In this document: positions 46,650 through 55,924 of the stretch, one piece after another
Layout: every line of letters begins with the position of its first letter
Position numbering within the stretch: the first letter of the stretch is position 1
Made by a program: the position numbers and the translations under genes
DNA from: Dehalococcoidia bacterium
GTDB taxonomy: Bacteria > Chloroflexota > Dehalococcoidia > UBA2979
Reading direction: 5' to 3'
NCBI GenBank assembly: GCA_963667465.2
Contig: CAXXDN010000002.1
Coordinates: 1,696,001-1,760,000 of the forward strand
DNA: 64,000 bases
Notes under the pieces: generated by a model
What the model was told of the DNA's origin: nothing
Databases searched by the model: none
What the model saw: only the letters and a program-made list of their open reading frames with translations

Positions 46650-46795
46650 GTACTACGGGCGCCTGCGCGTCACGCGGCTGATCGGCTCCGAGACGAGGGT
46701 GTCTCCCTCGGGGCTCGCGAACTGCCGCTCCAGCGCCGTGAACGCCTCGATGAGCTCGGGGGCCTCGGACGCACGGTTTCGCCACCAGCCCGATC
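46650..46795 (-). pseudogene. Fic 3' relic
   Basis: RNRASEAPELIEAFTALERQFASPEGDTL versus RNRAFEAPELIDAFTAFERGLASPEGDTA. Confidence 0.75.
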
Positions 46796-46865
46796 GGCGC
46801 GGAGGCTTCTATTTCATCGACGCTGCCTCTTTAGGGTGCCACCGACTTACGAGTCCCGAACCACG

Positions 46866-49172
46866 TCAGGAATTGAGCCAGGGCGCTACCTGCGCCCAAG
46901 CTAGACTCAGAATATTCCTCGTCCGGTTCTGTATGATCTCGTCGGTCCACTCGTCCACCGCGACGACCGGATCGAGCAGGTGCAGCCTCTCCTGACCGCG
47001 CAACAAGTTCTCTGTCTTTCTGCCGAATCCGTATCCAGCCCTTTTTGCTTCTTCCAGGAAGCCCTCGCGCTCACCGCTATCCTTAGAAGCAAGGGCCGCA
47101 TAGAACGCCTGCTTCTTCGACCAGGGCGCGTTTCCTATCGCCTGGTTCTCCTTTTCTGGAAGCAGAATGAGGTTGCCCAATAGGTTCCGAGTGATCTGAC
47201 GTCGGTATATCTCCGCCTGCCACCCAGCGCCAGGATCGCTCTGGGGTGCGACGTGTTCAACAGTCGCGTACTTAGTCTCGACCCAATTCCCATGGGTGAA
47301 AAAGACAATGTCAGACCCCGGAATAACATTCTCCGTCGTGAGCATGCCAGGCTGGCTATCGTCGCGGCGCGCATTGTGGTGGGCGGCGAATAGCAGGAAG
47401 CGATTCAATGCTTGTGGGGCGCGCGCTCCGAGGTCTACCTCCGCCGCCTTGTCTCGCCATGCGTCCTCGTTCTCCAGATCGATATCTTGACGCAGCAGGA
47501 GCCACCGCAACTCGGCCTGCAGCTCCTCCACGGTCATGACATCATTACTCTGCGTCACTCCAGCGCAAAGAGGATGACCGCCCGTCGCCGGTTGGTCCTT
47601 CATGAGCTTTCGGAAGTCGCTATCGATCCCGGCCGTTCCGGCCGTAGTAGCACGCCTGATGGCGAGAAATGCTGCGACCGCCTTCGTAGCGCGCAGGAAC
47701 GACCTGCCGCTATCGCCATCCCCATGATGAACCCAGTACCGCGCGAGTATAGGTATTGCCAACGTAGTGTTCGTATCTGCGATGAAGCGGAGGCAGAGCC
47801 TTAGCATGTCGGAGTCGGCTGGGCCGAGCGCACTGACTCCAAGGGCGTCTATCGCTGCCACGTCCCAATATTGTGCTCGGAACTCAGCGACACGCGCTAG
47901 CCCAGCAACCAGTGCTCTGGCATTCTCAATACGCGATTGCTCCGCTCGCCGGAACCTGTCCCGCAAGTAGTATCTCTGACTAGCCGCATCCAGCGGGAGC
48001 TTGGAGCCGTCCAAATACAAGGCAAACGATGTCAAGAGTCGCTTAGATTCGTTCTGGCGTCTCGAGGGATCGGGGTACTTTGACTTCAGCGTCCCTTCCA
48101 GCTCATCCCACCGCTTCTGTGATACCGAACCAAAATATCCATCTCCTCCCCGATTCTCGAGATCCGCCACACGCGGCTTGAATGTCTCCAGCGCCGTGAG
48201 GGGCTCGCCTGTCGTGTTGAGGGAATCGAACATGTCCCACGCATATTCCTCGTCCTGCGACTCTACTCTCGTAAGAACAACTCGCTGCATAAAATATGAA
48301 CTGAACAGCAACAACCTGGCAAGACCTTCGCAGATGCTCGATCCTGTTGTCAGCTCGACCTGATGGTCCCGTATCTGTTGCGATGTCTCGTCTAGCCTTC
48401 TCCAGAGTGCGACGTAGCCAAGGCGATTGAAACTTGTGCGCTCGACGGTGCTAACGGCAATGGGTCCGTCGTCATTCTTGAATTTGTTCTGGTACAGATA
48501 GTCAGAAAGACGCTGACTTACGAGTCCATAGGTAGACAGTAAGTGATCGGAGGCAGGCCCCGGTAACGCCTTGGGTGGAAAGGTGGCCAGAGGGTTCGAT
48601 GAATATGTCTCAAAAGCTGTTATGAAACGAGCGATTGGCGATTGGTATTCCGACTCATGAGATCTGCCGCGGCGGTCTTCCATACGGACGAGGCGGGGGT
48701 AGAAGACATCGCCTTCGAGTCCATGGATCTGCCCAAGGGCGCATTGCCTAAGCGAAACTAGCTGGCGGTCGCATTCGGCGTTTAGCCAGTCGTGGAGCTC
48801 TAAGTCAGAGTCATCGATGTCGTTCCTGTGTGCTGTGATGAGCTGAAAGAGAGAACACGCCGTGAGAATCAGAGAGGTAAGCCTCTGCTGGCCGTCAATG
48901 ACCCAGAGTGATACTCCGTCAAAAGTGGATTCACGCCCTCCTCGTGTTAGGATAATGCTCCCTAAGAAGGTGAATCCCTGCTTGCCGGGTTGGGCGAGGC
49001 GTGAGAAGCCATTAAGACAGTCTTCAAGGAGTCGCTCGATGTTGTCACGGTCCCAAGTGTATTCGCGCTGGTATTCGGGGACCTTATAACCAGCAGAGCT
49101 GTTGTGCGCCATAAACGTTTCCCAAAGGCTACTGGTTTGCGCTTCGAACAGATCCTTAGCCTCAAGGTTCAT
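46866..49172 (-). CDS. sspE: SspE-like effector (DUF262 NTPase + DUF1524 HNH)
   Basis: VPEYQREYTW, VIDGQQR, FDSLNTTG, TVEHVAPQ, LGNLILL; 768 aa; downstream of sspBCD. Confidence 0.85.
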   Translation of the reverse strand: MNLEAKDLFEAQTSSLWETFMAHNSSAGYKVPEYQREYTWDRDNIERLLEDCLNGFSRLAQPGKQGFTFLGSIILTRGGRESTFDGVSLWVIDGQQRLTSLILTACSLFQLITAHRNDIDDSDLELHDWLNAECDRQLVSLRQCALGQIHGLEGDVFYPRLVRMEDRRGRSHESEYQSPIARFITAFETYSSNPLATFPPKALPGPASDHLLSTYGLVSQRLSDYLYQNKFKNDDGPIAVSTVERTSFNRLGYVALWRRLDETSQQIRDHQVELTTGSSICEGLARLLLFSSYFMQRVVLTRVESQDEEYAWDMFDSLNTTGEPLTALETFKPRVADLENRGGDGYFGSVSQKRWDELEGTLKSKYPDPSRRQNESKRLLTSFALYLDGSKLPLDAASQRYYLRDRFRRAEQSRIENARALVAGLARVAEFRAQYWDVAAIDALGVSALGPADSDMLRLCLRFIADTNTTLAIPILARYWVHHGDGDSGRSFLRATKAVAAFLAIRRATTAGTAGIDSDFRKLMKDQPATGGHPLCAGVTQSNDVMTVEELQAELRWLLLRQDIDLENEDAWRDKAAEVDLGARAPQALNRFLLFAAHHNARRDDSQPGMLTTENVIPGSDIVFFTHGNWVETKYATVEHVAPQSDPGAGWQAEIYRRQITRNLLGNLILLPEKENQAIGNAPWSKKQAFYAALASKDSGEREGFLEEAKRAGYGFGRKTENLLRGQERLHLLDPVVAVDEWTDEIIQNRTRNILSLAWAQVAPWLNS

Positions 49173-49341
49173 GACGACCCCCGCGGTGCTAGGACATCTG
49201 AAACGACGTCAAGGGGTTGAACCTGAGAACCACTGGGAATCGTTGAAGACGTTCGTGAGCGGGGGATGACGCGTTGCTGCCCGCGCGCCGCACCTGTGTC
49301 GTCACGCATTGGTCCAGGTTCTCCGCGGTCCGGCGAAGAGC

Positions 49342-50169
49342 TCACTTGTGGCACGCAATGCAGACCTTCGTTTGCCCGTAGAGCTCATCGATGTCGATGG
49401 GTTCATCGTCCGGACGGAGTGGGTTGGCCTGCCGTGTCGCCCGAATTTTCGTCAGCCGCTGCTCGTGATCCTGCCTGATTTGCTCCACCCGTTCAGGCTG
49501 CGTCAACTCGTCCAGTGACTCACCGTAGCTCCACGTGAAGGGGGATCCATCGTCGAGGGCAGTCTTCTCGTAGCGGCGCGCTTCCTCAAAGAAGTCTGGG
49601 TGGCGTTCCTTCAGTCGCACCCACTCGATCTTCTGCTGGAAGAAGCAGAACGTGCAGCCGCTGCGCGTCCGCCATTCGTAGTAGGCCGGCAGTCCCAGGC
49701 CGACGCCGTCGAGTATCTCCAGGACGCCCGCCTTGTCGACGCCCGCATCCTTCAGCGGCAGTCTGACTATGAGGCGGTCGTGCTTGGAAGCATAGCCCTC
49801 TCTGTACTCCTCGTCGGCACGGATGGCGACGTAGCTGAACACGGTGTGGCCGTCCTCGAGCATGGGCGCGACCCAGCGCTCGAACGGGCGGATCTTCAGC
49901 TGGCGGGTGCACCAACGGGTCTGCGGAGAGGGTAGGAAGTTGTTGTACTGCTTGAGCCAGAAGTCGAAATTCCGGTCCGGGTTCAGGCGAGTGATGGGCT
50001 TGCCGAGGAAGCCCTCGAGCTGTGCGAGGAAATCATAGACCTCGGGCAGCTCCTTCCCGGTGTCGGTGAAGAAGTAGTCGACGTCGATTTCCGGGTGGTG
50101 CTCGCGCATGTAGACCGCGAGGGCCGCGCTGTCGCGACCACCAGAAAGTCCGAGCACGTGACGTTCCAT
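49342..50169 (-). CDS. sspD: PAPS-reductase-family protein (SspD)
   Basis: LSGGRDS PP-loop, DTGKE, RWCT, RSGCTFC, terminal CIACHK. Confidence 0.85.
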   Translation of the reverse strand: MERHVLGLSGGRDSAALAVYMREHHPEIDVDYFFTDTGKELPEVYDFLAQLEGFLGKPITRLNPDRNFDFWLKQYNNFLPSPQTRWCTRQLKIRPFERWVAPMLEDGHTVFSYVAIRADEEYREGYASKHDRLIVRLPLKDAGVDKAGVLEILDGVGLGLPAYYEWRTRSGCTFCFFQQKIEWVRLKERHPDFFEEARRYEKTALDDGSPFTWSYGESLDELTQPERVEQIRQDHEQRLTKIRATRQANPLRPDDEPIDIDELYGQTKVCIACHK

Positions 50170-50180
50170 ACTGGCGCTCC

Positions 50181-53100
50181 CTACTCGTGGATCATTCGCC
50201 GGGCGCTCACTTCAGCGAGCGCCGCGAGGACGACGTTGTCTCGATTGTCGCTGCTCCCATTGAGCACGCCCTCGATTCGTGCTCGCAGCGCCTCGATCTC
50301 GGGACGGTCGGCGTCCGTCACATCAAACTCGTGGTGCGCGAGTTCACGGTGCCCGTCCATGCCGATAACAACGGCCATCGCATGACGCTTGTCCGCCCGA
50401 CCCTTCACGTGTGCGAAGGCTTCCTTGCGAACAAACTCCTGTGCCATCGAGGCGAGCACCACCGACGCGTGGTCCGCGTCCTGGTCGTTCCAGGCATCCG
50501 GAGGCTTGTTGAGAGCAAGGCCGGCGAGCCCCTCCATGTCTGCATGCGTCCCATAAAACTGGGCTACGCGCACCGCAAACGCCTCCTGCCGGTGATCGGC
50601 GCCAAGTTCCCGAATGTTCTCGGCACGAGCACGCAGCTCGTCCAACGAGCGGCTCGATGCGTTCGGCACTTGCAACTCTGTCAGCAGCGTTTGCTTCAAG
50701 CGGCGCAGCATCGCGGGGTACGCGTCCCGTAGTTCGTGCAGCCCCTCTCGCACGCGTCCCGCGACGACTCTGAGGCTCGTCTCGTGGCCAAGCTCCACTG
50801 GATCGCTCAGCGCCTGTGGGAGGTCGTCAAAGAGTAGTCTGTTGGGATCCTTAGCGTGTTTGAGCGACTGGCGCACGAGGCTAGCATTCGCCGAGAGGTT
50901 GCGAGTGCGGCCCGTCCAGAGCGGCAACTCGTCATGGATCGCGACCAGCCCTCTCGCCACGTCGATTGGCTGAAGGTCCGGGAGTTGGTTCCGGTCGTCG
51001 ACCTCACGAACGATGTCGGCGAGGTCCGACAAGAGTTGGCGGGATACGTCCGGAAGGTCCATCCACCGGACCTGAACGTCGCTCGCGTCCCCAGCGAGGA
51101 AGTCCATGTCGAGGTCGGTGATGCGTGCCTGGAATACGCCCTCTCGATAAGAGGCGAGGTCTCGCTGGTTGGAGAGCATGAAGGCCGCGGCCAGCACCGG
51201 GAGGAGCCCAGCCTTGATGCCGAACGGGGGCTCGCGCCAGATGTCGTACAGCTCGGCCATCGACACCGTCCGGTGGGAGTTGCTGCGCACGAGGTCCTCC
51301 GCAGCCCGCCATGCGGCTGCGAGTTTGCCGTGCGCCCGCGGACGTACGAATCGCCAGCCATCGGCCGCCTTGGCGTACAGCCCGGGCCCCTCGATCAGTG
51401 AGGTGAACAAGCCGCCCTCCGCGGGGAAGCCTTCAATGCCGAGCCGCTCCTCGCCCTCGTTCAACGCCATCCGGCGGAGCAAGATATTCCGTGCCGCAAT
51501 AGCGTTGCTCGATGGCTTGGTTCGATTCAGGAGCTCGTTGTGCAGGTGTGGCGCCTGGGGGAAGCGCTCGTCGGCGAGGTCCGAAGCCAGGCTGTTGAGC
51601 TGTGCGTGGTCGAGTTGTGTCACGCGATGGCCGTGGCGTCGCCATCGCGCCCCGCTGAGGGCCTGCCCGAGTTCAGTCTCGATCCGCCCCTGGAGCTCGA
51701 TGATGCGGCCGCCCACCTCCATACGAGCGACGCGATCCCCCTGCAACTCCGGCGTGTGATCGCGAACGCGTTCCAGCGCAAGGAGATCCCTCGCGAGCGT
51801 AGTGACCGCCCACGCTGGCCGATCGGCAACGCCGATCACCAAGTCGTGGCTGTCATTGCTCGCCGTTGCGGCGAGCGCCACCCGCTCGGCTCGTTCCCGC
51901 GAGTCGCCCTCGGTCGGCAAGGCGAGGAGGAACGCGCCGCAGGAGCCGTCCCGGGGCTTATAGCTCGCCGCGGCCTCCGACAGTTCGCCCAGAGGCACGA
52001 TGGCGGTGTCGTACCACCTGAGCGTGCCGGTCTCGTGGTAGTGGCGTTTCGCAACGATGGGCTGAAAGTCCGCGAGGGCGGTCAGTCGTGCGTGGTCGAG
52101 CGTGCCAATCGACTCGTAAGCTTCCTCGACCGCCTGTTCAATATCGAAGTCACTCCCCTCGAAGATGCTGTAGGCGTCCGTGTACTTGCGATAGATGATG
52201 AGCGATGACTGAAGGAGGTCAGAAAGGGTTCTCTCGATATCCTCGGGGGGGTGCGCCTGGAGCGCCATCCTCAGCAGCTCGAGGCTCGGCGCCAATCCAG
52301 ACCGCTCCTTGAAGAGATCGACCAGCCCGATAGTCTTCAGCAGCCGGAGGTGCAATTCGCCGGCACCCATGGCCTCGAGTCGCTCGACCGCGTCGACGGC
52401 CAGGGCCCAGCGGTGTCCGTCGGGGGAAGCCATGATGGAAGGCTCGAGGTTGAACCGGAGGTAGCCCCACAAGAGTTCAGGCGTGTACAGATCAGCGCCA
52501 GCAGCGGTTCGAAGGAAATCCTGAAAACCCTGCGGCTCAGTCGAGTTCAGGAACCCGAAGATGCTGCGCTGGTTTTGCCCGAATCGGCGCCGTGATATTG
52601 GGCCGAGGAGGCACGCCACGATTGGGTGTAGTGGCCAGCAACCCTCCAACAGGTCCGCAATGGCAGGCTGTCGCGCTAGGGCCGCGACGTTCGTCGCGCA
52701 TTCGCCGGGCACAGCCGGCTGGCGTCCGTTCTCGATTGCGCGACTGACGAGATCAATCTGCTCTTCAGGCGCGGCCGTGATCGCGAGGTCAACGAACCGT
52801 CCCTGGATCTTCGCCCATTCGTCTCGCATCTCCCGCGAGAGCCGGTGTGCGTACTCCTCGAACGCCTGATGCAGGATGCCGATCACGATGAGCCGGCGGT
52901 CGCTACGCGAGGCCAACTCCGCGAGCTCTTGGAAGAAGTAGATGTCGGTTCCGTCGTGCGCAGCCCCTTCGAGGAACTTGCCCATCTCATCGATGAGAAC
53001 GACAAGCCCGCCGCTTGTACGCGGCGTGCGCCTCGCGGCTTCGGACAGCTTGTCGAGTACCTCGCCATCGCTCCACTCCGCCGACCGGCCACGCCTGACG

Positions 53101-53510
53101 AGCCGCGCGTCCTCAAGTGCCTCGCCCACTGCCTGCGCCGGATGTCCGCGCTTGCCAACCACAGGCAGGATCCGCCAACCCTTCTCCCGCGGCGGCAGGG
53201 CGCTCCGGATTGCCCCGGCGGTCGCGTCGCCCAGCGCTGCCCCTGCTGCGCGCTGCAGTTCGCCCCGGCCGCTCAGCGCGGCAGCAAAGGCCACCGCGAG
53301 GCTCGACTTGCCGACTCCGTATGGTCCAGTCCAAGTGAACGCCGCGTGCGCGGACTCGCCGACGTGCCGCGCCATCGCCACAAGGGCGACAGCCGACGAT
53401 CTTGGGCAGATGAACCCTTCCAGCGACGCCAGATCCGCTAAGTCCGCGTCGATCCGGACGGACCTCTGGAACCGGCGCGCGACGCGAACGCGGTCAGCGA
53501 GGGGCGTCAT
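50181..53510 (-). CDS. sspC: Large P-loop ATPase (SspC)
   Basis: RFQRSVRI, TGPYGVGKS, VLIDEMGKFLE, EWAKIQGRF, PLHP, QNQRSIFGFL. Confidence 0.85.
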   Translation of the reverse strand: MTPLADRVRVARRFQRSVRIDADLADLASLEGFICPRSSAVALVAMARHVGESAHAAFTWTGPYGVGKSSLAVAFAAALSGRGELQRAAGAALGDATAGAIRSALPPREKGWRILPVVGKRGHPAQAVGEALEDARLVRRGRSAEWSDGEVLDKLSEAARRTPRTSGGLVVLIDEMGKFLEGAAHDGTDIYFFQELAELASRSDRRLIVIGILHQAFEEYAHRLSREMRDEWAKIQGRFVDLAITAAPEEQIDLVSRAIENGRQPAVPGECATNVAALARQPAIADLLEGCWPLHPIVACLLGPISRRRFGQNQRSIFGFLNSTEPQGFQDFLRTAAGADLYTPELLWGYLRFNLEPSIMASPDGHRWALAVDAVERLEAMGAGELHLRLLKTIGLVDLFKERSGLAPSLELLRMALQAHPPEDIERTLSDLLQSSLIIYRKYTDAYSIFEGSDFDIEQAVEEAYESIGTLDHARLTALADFQPIVAKRHYHETGTLRWYDTAIVPLGELSEAAASYKPRDGSCGAFLLALPTEGDSRERAERVALAATASNDSHDLVIGVADRPAWAVTTLARDLLALERVRDHTPELQGDRVARMEVGGRIIELQGRIETELGQALSGARWRRHGHRVTQLDHAQLNSLASDLADERFPQAPHLHNELLNRTKPSSNAIAARNILLRRMALNEGEERLGIEGFPAEGGLFTSLIEGPGLYAKAADGWRFVRPRAHGKLAAAWRAAEDLVRSNSHRTVSMAELYDIWREPPFGIKAGLLPVLAAAFMLSNQRDLASYREGVFQARITDLDMDFLAGDASDVQVRWMDLPDVSRQLLSDLADIVREVDDRNQLPDLQPIDVARGLVAIHDELPLWTGRTRNLSANASLVRQSLKHAKDPNRLLFDDLPQALSDPVELGHETSLRVVAGRVREGLHELRDAYPAMLRRLKQTLLTELQVPNASSRSLDELRARAENIRELGADHRQEAFAVRVAQFYGTHADMEGLAGLALNKPPDAWNDQDADHASVVLASMAQEFVRKEAFAHVKGRADKRHAMAVVIGMDGHRELAHHEFDVTDADRPEIEALRARIEGVLNGSSDNRDNVVLAALAEVSARRMIHE

Positions 53511-54460
53511 GCTGCGACACTCTCGTATTCTGAGCGCAGGAGGTCGAACGTCTCCTCGCATGCAAGGGGTCGGACGCGAATGAGTTGCTTCAGGCCCGCC
53601 GTTTCAGACCATAGGTAGCGGCCGTCGGACGCGACCTCCAATGCGCCGAGCAGCTCGACGAGGTCGTCTTCTCCGAGAACGAAGACCCGACCCGGTGAGC
53701 CCGGCTCGTGGGCTAGCGCCTCGAACGAGAGCGTAGTCGAGTTCTTGGAAAAGCGCTCCCAGAAGTCGGTGACGGCGTATCCAAGCACGCCTACTCCGAG
53801 GGATGGCTTCGGGCCGCGCACAAACCTGAAGCCGTCGCGCCTGCCGACCCGCTTGATCAGCCCGAGCTCGGCCAGCGGCGACTCCAGTGAGTCCTCGTAG
53901 CCGCCCGACGTCGACGCGCTCTGCCGTACGTATGTGCGCACGAAGCAAGCCACATCTCTCCTGATCGTCGCGATTGATGCCCGCGGCCATGCTCGTTCCT
54001 CGGCCAGATTGGTCACGCCACGAACGAGGGTGTCGCGCTCGAACGCGAGCGCTGCGAAGTGGCTGAACGACCAGAACCACGTAGTCCTTTCGGGGTCGCC
54101 GGACACGTTCCAATGCGCGAGCCAAGAGGTGGCCGGCGCCTCCATGTAGGGGTCGAGGCCCTCGGTGCGGTCGAAGAGGAGCCGCCCGAGGTCCGTGGGC
54201 TCGAGCTCCTGATGAGCGCGGTCCTCTCGGATGACGCCGGCGGCAGTCGCCCAATGCCGCATTGAGGCGACCATGTTCTTCCCGACGCCGAAGCGCGCGA
54301 TGGCGTCCTCGGCGGAGAAGACCGCTCGCTTTTCCTCAGGGGTCTCAGCTTCGCTCAGGGCGTCGTATGCCTTCTTGAGCCACCCGTGGCGGAGCGGGAA
54401 CGTCTCGTGGCCCGAGAGCTGTGGGCGATATCCGTCGTCGTATAGTGGGCCCCTGATCAT
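53507..54460 (-). CDS. sspB: DUF4007 protein (SspB)
   Basis: SGHETFPLRHGWLKK, FGVGKNMVASMRHW, DPYME, SPLAELGL, ETAGLKQ. Confidence 0.88.
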   Translation of the reverse strand: MIRGPLYDDGYRPQLSGHETFPLRHGWLKKAYDALSEAETPEEKRAVFSAEDAIARFGVGKNMVASMRHWATAAGVIREDRAHQELEPTDLGRLLFDRTEGLDPYMEAPATSWLAHWNVSGDPERTTWFWSFSHFAALAFERDTLVRGVTNLAEERAWPRASIATIRRDVACFVRTYVRQSASTSGGYEDSLESPLAELGLIKRVGRRDGFRFVRGPKPSLGVGVLGYAVTDFWERFSKNSTTLSFEALAHEPGSPGRVFVLGEDDLVELLGALEVASDGRYLWSETAGLKQLIRVRPLACEETFDLLRSEYESVAA

Positions 54461-54586
54461 CCGGCTTCCCGACTGGACGCTTCGTCCAGCGCGACGGTAA
54501 CACACGGCCCGATGTACTGTACACGCAGGCTATCCGGTCCGCGGCGGCAGCCTGTCCGCCGGATGCCGGGCGTGTGAGCGAAACTG

Positions 54587-55744
54587 ATGAGCGACACCGA
54601 AACAATCTACGCTGACTATCAGGCGACTACTCCTGTGGACCCGCGGGTCGTGGAGAAGATGGCGCCGTATTGGAGCGAATCTTTCGGCAATCCTCACTCG
54701 GACGACCACGTCGAGGGCTGGCGCGCTGCCGAGTCCGTCCGTCAGGCAGCGTCGTCGATCGCCGCGCTTATTGGCGGCGACCCCGACGAACTGGTGTTCA
54801 CATCGGGAGCGACCGAGGCGAACAATCTCGCGCTGCTTGGCTTGGGCCGCCGTGCCCCGGCCGGCCGCCGACGGATCCTGGTCAGCGCGATCGAACACAA
54901 GTGCGTACTTGCCGCGGCCCGCGTCCTTGAGGAGCGAGAGGAATTCACGGTCGAGGTGATCCCGGTGGACGAAGCCGGTTTCGTGCGTCTCGATGTACTC
55001 GAGGACATGCTCGACGACTCGGTGCTCGTCGCCTCAGTCATGGCCGTAAACAACGAGGTCGGAACCATTCAAGACATCCCGCGTATCGCAGGAGTGCTCA
55101 GGAGTCACGGCGCTCTGTTCCACTGTGATGCTGCTCAGGCCCCCTCCGCGATGGACATTGGCGATCTCACGGTTCATGCCGATCTTGTGAGCCTGTCCGG
55201 CCACAAGATGTATGGTCCCAAGGGCATCGGCACCCTGTACGCTCGTCGCGAGTACCACGATCGCATCGAGCCACTAATCTATGGCGGGGGGCAACAGGGC
55301 GGACTGCGCTCCGGCACCGTTCCAGTGCCACTGTGCGTTGGCATGTCGGCGGCCGCCGACATTCTTCGCTCGGAGGAAGGTGCGCTTGAGCGCGAGCGTG
55401 TGTCGCGATTGCGCGACTCGTTCGTGCAAGGCCTCCTCGGTAGCCCTGCCGCCCTCGAACTGAACGGGCCGACGTGGACCAAACGGCACCCAGGCAACGC
55501 CAACGTGAGGTTCGGGGGCTTCGATGCCCAGGACATCCTGGGCGCTTTGCAGCCTCGACTTGCGGCCTCCACCGGCGCTGCCTGCGCGTCCGGCATACCC
55601 GAGCCATCGCATGTGCTCCGTGCCCTCGGCCTGAGCGAGGCTGACGCACAGTCGTCAGTGCGATTCAGCTTTGGGCGCTTCACTACCTCGGGCGAGGCTG
55701 AGGCCGCGGGCGAACTCGTGCGCGATGTGATCGTGGATCTGTAA
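54587..55744 (+). CDS. sspA: Cysteine desulfurase (SspA/DndA/IscS type)
   Basis: YADYQATTP, FTSGATEANN, SGHKMYGPKG (PLP Lys), STGAACASG; divergent from sspB. Confidence 0.9.
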   Translation: MSDTETIYADYQATTPVDPRVVEKMAPYWSESFGNPHSDDHVEGWRAAESVRQAASSIAALIGGDPDELVFTSGATEANNLALLGLGRRAPAGRRRILVSAIEHKCVLAAARVLEEREEFTVEVIPVDEAGFVRLDVLEDMLDDSVLVASVMAVNNEVGTIQDIPRIAGVLRSHGALFHCDAAQAPSAMDIGDLTVHADLVSLSGHKMYGPKGIGTLYARREYHDRIEPLIYGGGQQGGLRSGTVPVPLCVGMSAAADILRSEEGALERERVSRLRDSFVQGLLGSPAALELNGPTWTKRHPGNANVRFGGFDAQDILGALQPRLAASTGAACASGIPEPSHVLRALGLSEADAQSSVRFSFGRFTTSGEAEAAGELVRDVIVDL

Positions 55745-55924
55745 GTGCCCGACCAAACCGAGTTTCTGCTGCCCACGACCGCCTCCTTCGCGAGCCTCGC
55801 TTGTTCTGCTGGTGCGCCAAGATTTGGTTCGCCGAACAACCCCTCTCGGGAGCGTAGGATTGCGGAACTGAGGAACCCCTCGGGGGATGCGTCAGTCCGT
55901 GGTGGCCGCTAGATTGAGCCGGCC

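Noticed and set aside
49342-55744. BREX type 4 or sulfate-assimilation/Fe-S housekeeping genes
   Set aside because: No PglZ or BrxL and no cys/isc/suf neighbours; DUF4007-ATPase-PAPS reductase followed by DUF262/DUF1524 fits SspBCD-SspE.
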